IMG/VR virus record: IMGVR_UViG_3300036785_000305
Span: 2,232-66,231 of that record
Direction: 5' to 3' (one strand)
DNA length: 64,000 nt
Origin: a virus
Lineage: Duplodnaviria > Caudoviricetes
Positions 63,855 to 64,000 of this stretch are shown here, piece after piece. Below the pieces are notes generated by a model that ran no database searches, had not been told where the DNA came from, and saw only the letters and a program-made list of their open reading frames with translations. Within the stretch, counting starts at the first letter, position 1. The number at the start of each line of letters is the position of its first letter. The translations under genes and the position numbers were made by a program.

Positions 63855-64000
63855 GGGGCTCGTCGGCCCACTCGGGCGGTGTCACCGGGAATCCCTTGAG
63901 GACAAGCTCGGCGGTTATGTCAGGCTCCAGGATCTGGCGCGGGCTGCGCGGGCCGAATGGAGTCCATGGAGTTGCGAAAAGTTCACGGCTAACGTTAGGC

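Noticed and set aside
1-64000. Prophage/lysogeny module
   Set aside because: No integrase, repressor or host genes were recognised; absence outside the window cannot be judged.

Overview
The window looks like most of a GC-rich, siphovirus-type actinobacteriophage genome. No integrase, repressor or tRNA was recognised. The left arm (+ strand, 0.2-27.3 kb) holds terminases, portal, MuF-like protein, a 1435-aa double beta-helix fibre inside the head module, scaffold, capsid, head-tail and tail genes with a GGGAAAA -1 frameshift, a tape measure with an SLT domain, an amidase endolysin and a methyltransferase. The right arm (- strand, 27.5-58.4 kb) holds a DnaE polymerase split into two genes, a nucleotide-metabolism/modification cluster (Nmad-like, SDR, variant ThyX, HAD, FAD oxidoreductase, MazG), SSB, AAA recombinase, Cas4-like nuclease, SNF2 helicase, dCMP deaminase, a glycosyltransferase and many small early-type genes. 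The far right holds a RuvC-like resolvase, prim-pol and helicase. The most striking unexplained structure is at 54.6-59.3 kb. It comprises nine covarying RNA hairpin + RBS elements that divide an operon into 1-2-gene cassettes, a structured leader with an anti-RBS, ~850 nt nearly free of CA on the transcribed strand, and a ~34-bp-phased array of 17-bp quasi-palindromes. Other highlights are a 32-aa type IV pilin-like peptide between terminase and portal, and a candidate DNA hypermodification pathway. All functional calls come from motif recognition by eye; no searches were run.
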